DNA from: Minisyncoccia bacterium
GTDB lineage: Bacteria; Patescibacteriota; Minisyncoccia; SW-4-49-11
Length of the DNA stretch: 64,000 nt
NCBI GenBank assembly: GCA_044356725.1
Contig: JBIKVS010000004.1
Coordinates: forward strand, 1-64,000
Direction of reading: 5' to 3'
The notes below the pieces were generated by a model, which did no database searches, had not been told where the DNA came from, and saw nothing but the letters and a program-made list of their open reading frames with translations. Positions 28,125-38,145 of the stretch are shown in pieces (the first letter of the stretch is position 1; each line of letters begins with the position of its first letter). The position numbers were made by a program, and so were the translations under genes.

Positions 28125-28712
28125 TTAAGATAACACATTAACTCTAGCCTTAATCAAAGAAGCCATTTCTAAGGCCATTACAACACCAATTGCTAATGCT
28201 TGTATTGAGATTCCTTCTTCAGATCTTAGGCTAATCAAAAGTACATGTCCAAAGATCAGCCATCCGATAACATAAGTTAGTCTATGTAATTTTTTCCAAT
28301 TGGACTTGAGTTTGCGAGTAGACCAGTTATTGGAAGTTATGAACAGTGCTAAAGATAAAATAATTGCTGCCAGCCCAAAAGCCTGATAATCAGGCAAAGA
28401 TGGAGGTAGTTTGAATTGCAAAGTCGGGATTACTTTCATTGCTAAATAATGAGTAAAAGCTGTCATAAACATCAAAATGCCAAATTGTCTTCTGACAGGT
28501 AGGGTTAATTTAATTAATAAACTAAACTCTTTTGCCAATCTAAATCGCCTAATCATACTCGGGATAAGAGTAATGATGAATAGAATAAGAGATAAAGTTC
28601 CCATATTCTTACCATACTCTACTCGCTCACTAATTGTAAGAAAGAAAAAAGGTAAGAATAGAACAGGACTACTCCAAGTAAGCCAGATAATGATTTTGTG
28701 TAGAATTTTCAT
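28125..28712 (-). CDS. MsrQ/YedZ-like ferric-reductase transmembrane heme protein
   Basis: RRQFGI...H, L.ITSN, WKKLHRLTY, conserved His residues. Confidence 0.85.
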   Translation of the reverse strand: MKILHKIIIWLTWSSPVLFLPFFFLTISERVEYGKNMGTLSLILFIITLIPSMIRRFRLAKEFSLLIKLTLPVRRQFGILMFMTAFTHYLAMKVIPTLQFKLPPSLPDYQAFGLAAIILSLALFITSNNWSTRKLKSNWKKLHRLTYVIGWLIFGHVLLISLRSEEGISIQALAIGVVMALEMASLIKARVNVLS

Positions 28713-28900
28713 AGATTTAAGTTTATAAGTTTAGCTTTATTATAGCATATAGGGTAATAATTATAAATTATGAACGGTGAGTTATGAATGCCGTAGGGGC
28801 GACCTTTCAGTCGCCTGTTATTCTACCCCAAACAGTATGAGATATAACATTGACAAAAAGAGGGAAATGTGCTATGGTTCAGAAGGTTTTTTACTAAACG

Positions 28901-29419
28901 ATGTCCCCCTCCACCTCCTTTCTCGCTGCCCTCGACGCCGCCCTCTGCGCCGACCCCGCCCTTCGCGCCACTCGTGCCCGCGCAGCCATCACCACTCTCG
29001 CCGCCCCCGGTCAGTCCGATACCAGGAACTATATCACCCACAGCTCTTTAGTCGACAACTGCGCCACCCTTGCTGCCAACATTGCTGCACACGTCGCCAC
29101 TACCGGCAGAGAGCCCAACCTCACCTCCTGTGACACCCTCGCTGTCGCCATCAACTCTTCTCTTCTTGCTCTCCTTATCGACGGCGCAGCCATCACCACT
29201 CTCGCCGCCCTCGGTCAGTCCGATATCAGGAACTATATCACCCACAGCTCTTTAGTCGACAACTGCGCCACCCTTGCTGCCAACATTGCTGCACACGTCG
29301 CCACTACCGGCAGAGAGCCCAACCTCACCTCCTGTGACACCCTCGCTGTCGCCATCAACTCTTCTCTTCTTGCTCTCCTTACCGACGGCGCACCCCTCAG
29401 CGAATCTCATGAGACGTGA
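28901..29419 (+). CDS. GC-rich orphan protein with 68-aa tandem duplication, stand-alone unit
   Basis: TTGACA(28850)-17-TATGGT; C-ending codons in this frame; terminator CAGCCCCCGA..TCGGAGGGCTGTTTTT at about 29440-29470. Confidence 0.6.
   Translation: MSPSTSFLAALDAALCADPALRATRARAAITTLAAPGQSDTRNYITHSSLVDNCATLAANIAAHVATTGREPNLTSCDTLAVAINSSLLALLIDGAAITTLAALGQSDIRNYITHSSLVDNCATLAANIAAHVATTGREPNLTSCDTLAVAINSSLLALLTDGAPLSESHET
28981..29392 (+). repeat. 204-bp near-perfect tandem duplication
   Basis: Unit starts CGCAGCCATCACCACTCTCGCCGCCC at 28981 and 29185; only a few substitutions. Confidence 0.95.
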
Positions 29420-29493
29420 ATTCACTGTTTCTCAACCCCCAGCCCCCGATTGTTTCGGAGGGCTGTTTTTATAAAGTAGATAATATAGTTAAA

Positions 29494-29509
29494 TGTTCCA
29501 CGTGGAACA
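29494..29509. promoter_or_regulatory. parS site
   Basis: Perfect palindrome TGTTCCACGTGGAACA fitting the ParB/Spo0J parS consensus. Confidence 0.85.
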
Positions 29510-29712
29510 TTTTAGGGGAAGACAAACAAAAAAAGAGCTGAGCGCCCTTTTTAGAATGATATTTATAATTGTCTTTGCTTGCTTAAGCAGAATAATATAC
29601 TATAATATTTATATAAATTTGTCAAGAGTTGACATTTGTAACCAATAATTTGTCAAAATGTATATTGCAAAGACTTATATTATTCTATTATATTTAATCT
29701 TAATCTAATCTA

Positions 29713-29760
29713 TTGTCCTCCTCCGTCACCTACGGTGCCACCTCCTCCAAAGGAGGACAG
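29713..29760. repeat. REP-like palindrome, family A
   Basis: TGTCCTCCTCCGTCACCTACGGTGCCACCTCCTCCAAAGGAGGACA. Confidence 0.8.
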
Positions 29761-29880
29761 TTAATTATATAATATTCTGTGTCTACCATAACGAGTATCT
29801 TATTCAGCACCTATATTTGCTTTTTTTCCTAATTTAATATACAATAATCCCATTAATAAACTCATTTATCTCCTAATTAT

Positions 29881-31689
29881 ATGAATTCACATATCCGTAA
29901 CCTTGCTATTATTGCTCACGTTGACCATGGTAAAACCACTTTGATGGATGCTATTTTGCATCAAACTCAGATTTTTAGAGAGAATCAGGCTGTTCAGGAG
30001 AGAGTGATGGATTCTATGGATTTGGAGCGAGAAAAAGGTATTACTATTAGGGCTAAGAATGCTTCTGTTACTTATAAAGACTATACTATTAATTTGATTG
30101 ACACTCCCGGGCATGCTGATTTTGGAGGAGAAGTAGAGCGAGTTCTTAAAATGGCTGACGGAGCTCTTTTATTGGTGGATTCTAAAGAGGGGCCAATGCC
30201 TCAAACTAAATTTGTACTTAAAAAAGCTTTAGCTTTAGGGCTTCGTGTAGTAGTGGTTATTAACAAAATTGACCGACCTGATGCTAATCCCGATGCAGTG
30301 GTGGATAAGACTTTTGACTTATTCGTTACTCTGAATGCTAATGATAAGCAATTAGATTTCCCAATTGTGTATGCTTCGGCTATTAATGGTTCGGCTTCTT
30401 TGGAAACTGACCAGACTGGTAAGGATTTGACTGAACTATTCGAGGTTATTGTGAATGAAATACCAGCTCCGACCTCTCCTATTGAAGAGTCTTTTCGTAT
30501 GCTGACTTTGAATTTGCAATTTGATAAATTCAAAGGTACTATGGCTGTCGGTAGAATTGATGCTGGTAAGATAGTGAAGGGTATGTCTGTGGTTAGAATA
30601 GACAAAGCAGGTAATCAGACTAAGAATAGTATCACTAGTTTGCTGAAATACAATGGAATGGAATTAGTGGAGGCTACTGAAATTGTAGCTGGAGATATTG
30701 CGGTGATTGCTGGTATTGCCGATATTGAAATCGGAGATACTATTGCAGATGCTCAAAATCCAGTTCAAATTGCCCCTGTAGAGGTGGAAAGCCCTACTTT
30801 GCAGATGATGTTTGCTATCAACGACAGTCCTTTTTCTGGGAAGGAAGGTAAATATTCTACTTCTCGTATGATCCGAGATAGATTATATAAAGAGCAAGAG
30901 ACTAATATTAGTTTGAGAATTGAAGATACAGATAGCCCTGACAAATTCTTGGTAGCTGGCCGTGGGGAGTTGCATTTGGCTGTTTTGATTGAGACTATGC
31001 GACGAGAGGGATATGAGTTTTCTGTTGGAAGGCCTCAAGTAATTCTCCGAGAGAATAATGGAGCTACAGAAGAGCCTTATGAATTATTGAGTCTAGATGT
31101 GCCTGAAGAGTATAGTGGTAAGATTATTGAAGCTGTAAATAAAAGGCAGGGAGAATTAGTGAATATGGAAATTAATGAGCATAATGAGTCTCATATTGAA
31201 TATAAAATTACTACTCAGAATTTGATTGGGCTAAGGAGTGTATTATTGACTTTATCTAAGGGAACTGTGATTATGAATAGTTCTTTCCTGGAATATGGTC
31301 CAAGAATGTCTAATGGTAAAGGAAGAGCTACCGGGTCTATTGTGTCTCTGGAACTAGGTAAAATAACCAAATATGCTCTGGATGGAGCTTCTGATCGAGG
31401 TGTGTTTTTTGTGTCTGATGGAACTGAAGTTTATCCTGGTATGGTCTTAGGAGAATCCAATCGGGAACAAGATGTGGAAATAAACCCCATTAAAGCTAAA
31501 AAATTGACCAATATGAGGGCTTCCGGCTCAGATGACGGTGTATTTATTGCCCCTCCAAAAGATATGTCTCTAGAGGCTAGTATTGAGTATTTGGCTGATG
31601 ATGAATTGTTGGAAGTGACTCCACTTAGTCTTCGAATTCGCAAAAGAGTATTAGATTCCAATGAGCGAAAGAGATCTAATAGAGGGTAA
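29881..31689 (+). CDS. typA: Translational GTPase TypA/BipA
   Basis: [51 protein letters not shown]. Confidence 0.97.
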   Translation: MNSHIRNLAIIAHVDHGKTTLMDAILHQTQIFRENQAVQERVMDSMDLEREKGITIRAKNASVTYKDYTINLIDTPGHADFGGEVERVLKMADGALLLVDSKEGPMPQTKFVLKKALALGLRVVVVINKIDRPDANPDAVVDKTFDLFVTLNANDKQLDFPIVYASAINGSASLETDQTGKDLTELFEVIVNEIPAPTSPIEESFRMLTLNLQFDKFKGTMAVGRIDAGKIVKGMSVVRIDKAGNQTKNSITSLLKYNGMELVEATEIVAGDIAVIAGIADIEIGDTIADAQNPVQIAPVEVESPTLQMMFAINDSPFSGKEGKYSTSRMIRDRLYKEQETNISLRIEDTDSPDKFLVAGRGELHLAVLIETMRREGYEFSVGRPQVILRENNGATEEPYELLSLDVPEEYSGKIIEAVNKRQGELVNMEINEHNESHIEYKITTQNLIGLRSVLLTLSKGTVIMNSSFLEYGPRMSNGKGRATGSIVSLELGKITKYALDGASDRGVFFVSDGTEVYPGMVLGESNREQDVEINPIKAKKLTNMRASGSDDGVFIAPPKDMSLEASIEYLADDELLEVTPLSLRIRKRVLDSNERKRSNRG

Positions 31690-31745
31690 ATTAAAAAGCC
31701 CCACAGTGTGAGGCTAGGGATGTAAATTTTAATTGAAGTCTATAA

Positions 31746-32033
31746 TTATGCCGATACTGAATATTTCCAAGAGAATAAGAATTTAAGTATAATATGTTTA
31801 CAAGAGTGACTTGGTAATGTAAACTCTAAAGTATCAGAATATCTATATTGTTCAGAATTTATAGTACTTAAAATCTCCTTTCTCAATATATTTAAATTTC
31901 CATGATACTTACCTCTTATTTTTTGTAGTAATTTAGGGTAGTTCGTATCAGACATTATTTCTGCCCAGTGGCACTTCTGCATTTTCAATTCAGGTTCTAG
32001 AAAAGAAAGAAAATGTATTACATTAACTCTCAT
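31746..32033 (-). CDS. Orphan hypothetical protein
   Basis: 95-aa ORF with upstream TTGCAA..TATATA promoter-like sequence and hairpin at about 31697-31715. Confidence 0.45.
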   Translation of the reverse strand: MRVNVIHFLSFLEPELKMQKCHWAEIMSDTNYPKLLQKIRGKYHGNLNILRKEILSTINSEQYRYSDTLEFTLPSHSCKHIILKFLFSWKYSVSA

Positions 32034-32196
32034 GACAGGTCTTGAGTGAGTTTTCTATATTTATATACCATAAATTGTAGTAAAATTGCAAGTTTTTTGT
32101 ATTCTGCTATTTCAAAAATATCAAATAATCTTATTAACTATTTACAAAGTCAAATATATATGATATATATTAAATGCTAAGCTATCTTTTTTCATC

Positions 32197-32409
32197 ATGT
32201 ACCCTCGAACAATTTGGTTTTTTTTGTCTAATTTGCTTAACTTTTTGAGTGTAAAGATTGAACATACGTGTTATTTGATTGAGAATTTAGTCAAATATTC
32301 CCTCAAATTACCTCTTTTTTTGGCGGCTATACTACAGAATGGTAGTGTATTTATTTATCACAGAAAAGTAAGAGAAACATACACGAGCACGAGAACTGAA
32401 GCTAATTAA
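32197..32409 (+). CDS. Small orphan ORF
   Basis: TTTACA(32141)-17-TATATA promoter-like sequence, terminator CTCC..GGAGGTTTTTT at about 32438-32470. Confidence 0.35.
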   Translation: MYPRTIWFFLSNLLNFLSVKIEHTCYLIENLVKYSLKLPLFLAAILQNGSVFIYHRKVRETYTSTRTEAN

Positions 32410-32505
32410 TCAATATTTTATTTAAATTTCAAACCTCACCTCCTTGGAGTCATACTCCGGAGGTTTTTTGTTTATAAATTTTATAATATGGAAGGATAAA
32501 CATTT

Positions 32506-32735
32506 ACCCCCTCCTAATATCTCTTTACAAGAGCTAATAGGAGGGACTTAAAGCTCCCTCCAACTACTTACGGCAGTTAGAAAAGAGGACAAAAATACTC
32601 CACCCCGTCTCCTCGCTATGTAAACATAACAAGAATCCACCCCTCAAGAGGGGAATTTAAAAACAAGATCATATCAAGGATATGCGACAAAAAGTCGCCC
32701 TTGCAAAATTATCAACTCACTATTCACTACTCACA
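32506..32735. repeat. Mosaic of families E, B, C and heptamer tract
   Basis: CCCCTCCTAATATCTCTTTACAAGAGCTAATAGGAGGG, CCACCCCTCAAGAGGGGAATT, GCGAC..GTCGC, TCACTATTCACTAC. Confidence 0.7.
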
Positions 32736-32736
32736 A

Positions 32737-33723
32737 TTAAATCAATCTATACAAAGCTTCAGCAAGTTTAAGTGGATCATGTCGGATTAAAGTCCTTCTA
32801 AGAGAATCTTTTTTATTTGGGTTGATAAATATACCATCTGCAATTAAATCAGCTCCTATAAGGGTAGTTTTACCAAGCTTATTAGCTTTACTTGATTTGA
32901 CAACAGGTTCTCCCTCCTCTTGATACTTTGCTACCAATTTTGGATCAGGTTGAGTGGTATTATATAAAGCTATATCTATAACTTCAGTCCCCATAAACTT
33001 ATTCAGTTGTCTAATATGTTCCTCTACTGACCATTGTTTATGTCCAGCTACTTTAGACATCAGATTTACATTATAAATAATTTGAGCTTGGGTTTTTTCT
33101 AAGGCTTGACTCATTCCTGGAACTATCAAATTAGGTAGTAAACTCCCGTAAAAAAGACCAGGTCCGATGACAACACTATCTGCTTCCATAATAGCTTCTT
33201 TGGCTCTGGGATTGAGTGTGGTTTTGGGAATTAACTTTAATTCTTTGACAGGATGCTGTAAATATTCTGTAGAATCGTGGATTCTAGCTTCTCCCAATAG
33301 TTCAGTTCCGTTGTCAAGAGTAATAGATAGATTAATACTATCTGTGGTGACGGGTATAACCTCTCCTTTGATGGATAAAATATCACCAGCAGTTTTGACA
33401 GCTTCTTCAAAATTACCAGTAATTTTTTCTAGAGCTGATAAAAATAAATTTCCAAAATTATGTCCAGTCAATTCTCCACAGTCAAATCTATAGTTGAATA
33501 AATGTCTTAGAATTTCAGGTGATTCAGCAAGAGCCACTAGACATTGTCTAATATCTCCTGGTGGTAAAACTCCCAATTCATCTCTTAGCTTACCAGTAGA
33601 ACCACCATTATCCACCATATTAACTATAGCTTTAAGATTTAGATTGCTAAATAATTTTAATCCAGATAAAACAGTGAAAGAGCCAGTTCCTCCACCAATC
33701 ACCACTATATTTTTATTAGACAT
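32737..33723 (-). CDS. YvcK/GlmR (UPF0052) family protein
   Basis: VIGGGTG, DNGGSTGKLRDELGVLPPGDIRQCLVALA, GHNFGNL, RHDP.KLA. Confidence 0.92.
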   Translation of the reverse strand: MSNKNIVVIGGGTGSFTVLSGLKLFSNLNLKAIVNMVDNGGSTGKLRDELGVLPPGDIRQCLVALAESPEILRHLFNYRFDCGELTGHNFGNLFLSALEKITGNFEEAVKTAGDILSIKGEVIPVTTDSINLSITLDNGTELLGEARIHDSTEYLQHPVKELKLIPKTTLNPRAKEAIMEADSVVIGPGLFYGSLLPNLIVPGMSQALEKTQAQIIYNVNLMSKVAGHKQWSVEEHIRQLNKFMGTEVIDIALYNTTQPDPKLVAKYQEEGEPVVKSSKANKLGKTTLIGADLIADGIFINPNKKDSLRRTLIRHDPLKLAEALYRLI

Positions 33724-33743
33724 AAACAAAATTTAATAATAAT

Positions 33744-33850
33744 TGTGGATAACTTGGGTATAAGTCGGGGTTTCTCACAAGTTATCCACAAAATGGAATA
33801 TGATATGATTATAATAAATACATATACATATATTAAATATATATTATTCT
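33744..33850. promoter_or_regulatory. DnaA-box cluster with adjacent AT-rich tract (candidate oriC)
   Basis: TGTGGATAA 33744, TGGGTATAA 33755, TTTCTCACA 33771, TTATCCACA 33782, then a strongly AT-rich stretch. Confidence 0.6.
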
Positions 33851-33890
33851 TTAGCTGATAGCAAGATTAGATTATTGAAAAGTAAATGAA

Positions 33891-35153
33891 ATGCAGAATA
33901 AAATTAAATTATTTATATATACTAGTATAGGCATAAGTTTGCCATTTTTGATAAGGACAACCTTATTTGAATATAATATTAGAAATATTAGTTCTCCGTA
34001 TGCAACTATATATTTACATAGTCTAGATATAATCTTTCTTATAGCTATATTCTTTTTTTGGTGGAAAACTAAAAATCTACCATTTAGTGATATAAAAAAT
34101 GTGGATAAGTTATGGATAACTTTATTTTCTCTTATATTTTTACACTTGTTTTGGGTAAAATATCCTCTTTTGACTTGGGTTTCTGGAATGAGATTTTATT
34201 TAGGACTAGCCTTGATTTGGTATATAAGTAGATTTCAATATTTAGCCAGAGACCTGAAATACACTATAAACGGACTCTTTATTGGGATGTTAGCTCAAGC
34301 TATTATAGTTATAGCTCAATTTGGATTACAAAAAAATCTTGGATTACCTCTTGTGATAGAACCGGTTTTATCTAATAGTATTGCAGGTGTGGCTAAAGTT
34401 GATATTTTTAACAATACCTTTATAAGGGGTTATGGAACTTTTCCACATCCTAATATATTGGGTTATGTTGGTATATTAGCTTTAATTTTGTTATATGCTC
34501 AAAAACTAGGCAGAAAACTATCTATAATAATTTACTCGGCTACTATTATTATTGCAGGACTTATAGATCATTATATCTTAACCTCAATACAAGCTTTTGG
34601 GATATCTATTTTGACAGCAACATATCTTTTATACGCTAGATTAGATGGATTTGGTAAGGTTTTTCGTAAATTTATAATTCTTATTCTACACCTTTTAATC
34701 TTACTTAGTTTTTCTAAAACGGCTATAGCATTGCTTTTAGCGTTAGACTTAGTATATTTGACAACATCGACTCAAAAGTCAATGTTCCACGTGGAACAAT
34801 TTCAAAGAATATTAAAATCCCTGCCAAGATTATTCGTCAACGCAATGTCCGTATCGGGAATCATATTCTTATGGATTATTCCATATGCACAAATTATAGA
34901 CACCATAACCAAAAGGTTTCTATATGTACAGGATGCTTTTCAAATGATAGGTTCTAATTTATTCTTTGGAGTTGGGTTGGGGCAGTATGTTATAAATTTA
35001 TCTGATAATCGTGAATTATGGCAATATGAGCCGGTGCATAATATACTTTTATTACTATGGAGCGAGCTTGGCTTTATTGGACTTAGTCTTATAATAGTAA
35101 TTTTTTGTGTGGAATGTTACACTTATGTATATGGATACAAAAAACAAAGGTGA
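33891..35153 (+). CDS. O-antigen ligase family membrane protein
   Basis: IRGYGTFPHPNILG, LSFSKTA, FFGVGLGQY, EPVHNILLLLWSELG. Confidence 0.85.
   Translation: MQNKIKLFIYTSIGISLPFLIRTTLFEYNIRNISSPYATIYLHSLDIIFLIAIFFFWWKTKNLPFSDIKNVDKLWITLFSLIFLHLFWVKYPLLTWVSGMRFYLGLALIWYISRFQYLARDLKYTINGLFIGMLAQAIIVIAQFGLQKNLGLPLVIEPVLSNSIAGVAKVDIFNNTFIRGYGTFPHPNILGYVGILALILLYAQKLGRKLSIIIYSATIIIAGLIDHYILTSIQAFGISILTATYLLYARLDGFGKVFRKFIILILHLLILLSFSKTAIALLLALDLVYLTTSTQKSMFHVEQFQRILKSLPRLFVNAMSVSGIIFLWIIPYAQIIDTITKRFLYVQDAFQMIGSNLFFGVGLGQYVINLSDNRELWQYEPVHNILLLLWSELGFIGLSLIIVIFCVECYTYVYGYKKQR
34783..34798. promoter_or_regulatory. parS site inside a CDS
   Basis: TGTTCCACGTGGAACA, translated as MFHVEQ. Confidence 0.85.
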
Positions 35154-35517
35154 TTTGGGTGAAAGATTGGCGGTAAAATTATTACTATCCAAAGGGTTTG
35201 AAATTATAGACCAAAATGTAAGATTGGGTAAGTTCTCAGAACTAGACATTATTGCTATTAAGGATAAAGTTTTACACATCATAGAAGTCAAAACTGTGTA
35301 TAAATGTGGAAAACTTGGGGATAACTTAGATTTTCCTATATATAATATCACTCCAAGAAAGATCAAACATCTCAAACTAGGTGCTCAAATGTATGTGCAG
35401 AAGCGGAAATTACAAGATATGGATATGACAATAGATGCTATTGCCTGTATTGTGGATAATTGTCATAAGAAAAGTTGGATTAAGCTTTATCCTAATATTC
35501 TAGAGGGGCTTGACTAA
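35131..35517 (+). CDS. YraN (UPF0102) family putative endonuclease
   Basis: GDLGE.LA...L..KGF.I, ELDIIA, HIIEVKT, ITPRK. Confidence 0.85.
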   Translation: MDTKNKGDLGERLAVKLLLSKGFEIIDQNVRLGKFSELDIIAIKDKVLHIIEVKTVYKCGKLGDNLDFPIYNITPRKIKHLKLGAQMYVQKRKLQDMDMTIDAIACIVDNCHKKSWIKLYPNILEGLD

Positions 35518-35519
35518 AT

Positions 35520-35535
35520 TGTTCCACGTGGAACA
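35520..35535. promoter_or_regulatory. parS site
   Basis: TGTTCCACGTGGAACA. Confidence 0.85.
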
Positions 35536-35636
35536 ATGGCGAAATATTGAAAAATAAAAGTTTTTACAGTACAATTATATTTATCATTTAATTCAAAGAT
35601 CAGAATTATTGAACAGTATAAATAATAGATTTTAAT

Positions 35637-36770
35637 ATGGACAAAATAGAAAAGATTTTTACAGAAGCTATGGCTCTTGGAGATATTAAGGTAAATGGAG
35701 ATAGAGTTTGGGACTTTCAGGTTAAAAATCCAGCTATTTGGCAAAGAATGCTGAAAGATGGTTCAATGGGTGTCGGTGAGGGGTATGTAGAAGGTTGGTG
35801 GGATGTAGAGGCTTTGGATGAATTCTTATTTAGAATAAGAAAATATAAAGTTTTGGATGCTTTATCTGATGTTTTTGGGGGTTCTTGGCAAAATCGACTA
35901 TATGTTTTACAAAGTAAGGTTTTGAATTTACAAGATAAAGAAAAAAGTAAGAGAGTAGCTAAAGAGCATTATGATATAGGGAATGATTTGTATACTAGAA
36001 TGCTTGATCCTTATATGCAATATACCTGTGCTTATTGGAAAAATGCTGATAATTTAAATCAAGCTCAAGAGAATAAATTAGATTTGATTTGCCGTAAATT
36101 AAAGTTAGAAAAAGGAATGAGAGTACTAGACATTGGTTGTGGTTGGGGCGGTTTATTGAAGTTTGCTTCAGAGAGATATGGTGTTATTGGAGTTGGGATT
36201 ACTATTTCACAAGAGCAACAAAAATTAGCTCAAGATACTGTTAAGGAGCTTCCAATAGAAATTGTTTTAGCTGATTATAGAGAATATTCATCAGAGCCTT
36301 TTGATAGGGTGGTTTCAGTTGGGATGTTAGAGCATGTAGGGTATAAAAATTATAAAGAGTATATGGAGGCTGTGAATAAGAATCTAAAAGATGATGGTTT
36401 AGCTCTTTTACATACTATTGGAGATAGTGTTTCTACTACCACTACTGAACCTTGGATAGACAAATATATATTCCCAGGAGGTCAAATACCATCTTTGCAA
36501 CAATTATCTAAATCTTGGGAAAGCATATTAACTATACAAGATTTGCATAATATTGGACCAGATTATGACCTTACTCTGATGGCTTGGTATGAGAATTTCA
36601 CACAATCTTGGCCAGAGTTAAAAGATAAATACGGAGAAGAGTTTTATAGACTATGGGAATATTATCTTTTGAGTTGCGCTGGTAGTTTTAGGTCTGGATA
36701 TCTACAGTTGTGGCAAATGGTATTCACTAAGCAATATAATCGACTAGAAAGATACGAAGCTGAGAGATAG
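35637..36770 (+). CDS. cfa: Cyclopropane-fatty-acyl-phospholipid synthase
   Basis: HYDIGNDLY, MQYTCAYW, VLDIGCGWGG, SVGMLEHVG, KYIFPGG, WEYYLLSCAG. Confidence 0.95.
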   Translation: MDKIEKIFTEAMALGDIKVNGDRVWDFQVKNPAIWQRMLKDGSMGVGEGYVEGWWDVEALDEFLFRIRKYKVLDALSDVFGGSWQNRLYVLQSKVLNLQDKEKSKRVAKEHYDIGNDLYTRMLDPYMQYTCAYWKNADNLNQAQENKLDLICRKLKLEKGMRVLDIGCGWGGLLKFASERYGVIGVGITISQEQQKLAQDTVKELPIEIVLADYREYSSEPFDRVVSVGMLEHVGYKNYKEYMEAVNKNLKDDGLALLHTIGDSVSTTTTEPWIDKYIFPGGQIPSLQQLSKSWESILTIQDLHNIGPDYDLTLMAWYENFTQSWPELKDKYGEEFYRLWEYYLLSCAGSFRSGYLQLWQMVFTKQYNRLERYEAER

Positions 36771-36839
36771 AAACTTTAATGGTGAATTACTCTCTTCTTG
36801 TCAAAATTCTAAAAATAAGATATAATGATTTCACTATCA

Positions 36840-36924
36840 GCTAGGGTGGCGGAATGGTAGACGCAACGGACTTAAAATCCGTCGGTGATTAAACACTGTG
36901 AGGGTTCAAGTCCCTCTCCTAGTA
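36840..36924 (+). tRNA. tRNA-Leu(TAA)
   Basis: GCTAGGG/TCCTAGT stem, ACGGA-CTTAAAA-TCCGT arm, long variable arm. Confidence 0.92.
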
Positions 36925-37095
36925 CAAATTATAGAAACAAAAAAGCAATAGTCAGTTTTGACTATTGCTCAGGACTTGAAGGTCGGAGCGATGTGTGAGT
37001 TTGTGCGAAGCACAAGGCGAACACCGCGAGACGGGGTCGCGAGAATTTTCCGTCAGGAAAATTACTTGTGACCAAGTCCCTCTCCTAGTACAAAT
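36907..37095. mobile_element. Miniature element at the tRNA-Leu 3' end
   Basis: 23-bp direct repeat CAAGTCCCTCTCCTAGTACAAAT at 36907-36929 and 37073-37095; inverted T-loop GGACTTGAA 36972-36980; GGGGTCG plus hairpin core. Confidence 0.65.
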
Positions 37096-37125
37096 AGAGA
37101 AGCAGTCCGTTTGGACTGTTTTTTA

Positions 37126-37445
37126 ATTCCCCTCTTGAAGGGTGTCCCAAAGGGGCGGGGTGGATGGATTTATAAAACACAGGTGACATAAGGTCGCCCC
37201 TACGGGATGAGTGTAAAGCAAATGTCATTGCCTGCTTTAGGCAGAGATGTCTCCATTGAGCGACCGAAAATACTGTCCTCCCTTGGGGGAGGTGTCACGA
37301 AGTGACGGAGGAGGACAAAAAGCTCAAGTTTCAAAATACTTCCACCCCGTCCAGCGAAGCTGTCCACCCCCTCAATTTATCTCCATCCCTACGGGAGGTA
37401 AACCCGTAGGCAGAGAGGGGAATTTAAGGCAACTGAAAGATCGTT
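37126..37445. repeat. Mosaic of families B, C, A and B with nested insert
   Basis: Multiple palindromes shared with 26146-26345 and 43997-44104. Confidence 0.75.
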
Positions 37446-37465
37446 CTCTCCTAGTATATCTTTAA

Positions 37466-37562
37466 AATATAGACAAAAGTTTCAAAATATGGTATGTTTC
37501 TGATTGTACGGACTCTAGAGCAATTTAGAGTCAAATTTTCTCTACCCTGAGGAGGGGTTATG
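37466..37562 (+). promoter_or_regulatory. Conserved promoter + hairpin leader + RBS, copy 1
   Basis: TAGACA-17-TATGTT, GACTCTAGA-GCAA-TTTAGAGTC, GAGGAGG; nearly identical to 38146-38243. Confidence 0.85.
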
Positions 37563-38009
37563 TCTAACTCTCAATCGGATATAGATCCATTTGAAGAAGC
37601 ACAATTTTTCATTCCCAACTCATCATACTTTAGTAGATTGTATTGTTTGGATTATATACTTACAAAACTTGATAGGGAACATAGAAGAATGGCTTTAAAT
37701 ATTTCTGATGACTCTAAACTTGCATTTGAAGGTGCTAATATACAACCTCCTGAGTATATTTATATTAAATTCATTGAAGAGTGGGAGTTAAGTGATAGTG
37801 ATGTCCTGCACTTTGATTATCAGAGAAGAGGAGGAATTATCCCCAAATGGGGTCCTGGTGAAAAGTCGAAAGAATCACTTTTGCACATTGGGGCAATTAT
37901 AAGGTTAAATCTTTTATATCAAATTAGAATGATAGGGCCAATAGATCCTAGCCCAAATGACTGTGAGTGGAGAAGAGTAGGAAAGATTGAAGTGGTAAAG
38001 CAAAGTTAA
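37560..38009 (+). CDS. Orphan hypothetical protein (cassette 1)
   Basis: 149-aa ORF with strong RBS and its own terminator. Confidence 0.75.
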   Translation: MSNSQSDIDPFEEAQFFIPNSSYFSRLYCLDYILTKLDREHRRMALNISDDSKLAFEGANIQPPEYIYIKFIEEWELSDSDVLHFDYQRRGGIIPKWGPGEKSKESLLHIGAIIRLNLLYQIRMIGPIDPSPNDCEWRRVGKIEVVKQS

Positions 38010-38024
38010 TAAGTGTTTTCATTT

Positions 38025-38066
38025 CCCCCGCGTGCGATGCGGGGGTTTTTATTTTCGACTATTTAT
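38025..38066 (+). terminator. Intrinsic terminator, copy 1
   Basis: CCCCCGCGTGCGATGCGGGGGTTTTTATTTTCGACTATTTA, repeated at 38615-38656. Confidence 0.85.
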
Positions 38067-38145
38067 TCACTCTCTCCACCACTTCCTAAACTTAAAGTAT
38101 AGGAGGAACTTAAAGCCCTACGACAAGAATAGATTATCTCTTCGC

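Noticed and set aside
28981-29392. Diversity-generating retroelement TR/VR pair
   Set aside because: Copies are tandem in one ORF, differences are C/T rather than adenine-specific, and no reverse transcriptase is present
28777-29474. Overlapping alternative-frame ORFs around the GC-rich orphan
   Set aside because: Expected shadow ORFs of GC-rich DNA; only the 28901 frame fits the promoter and third-position bias
29525-29630. Empty cassette or small RNA on the minus strand
   Set aside because: TTGACA and a hairpin with T-tail are present, but -10 spacing is poor and evidence is too weak
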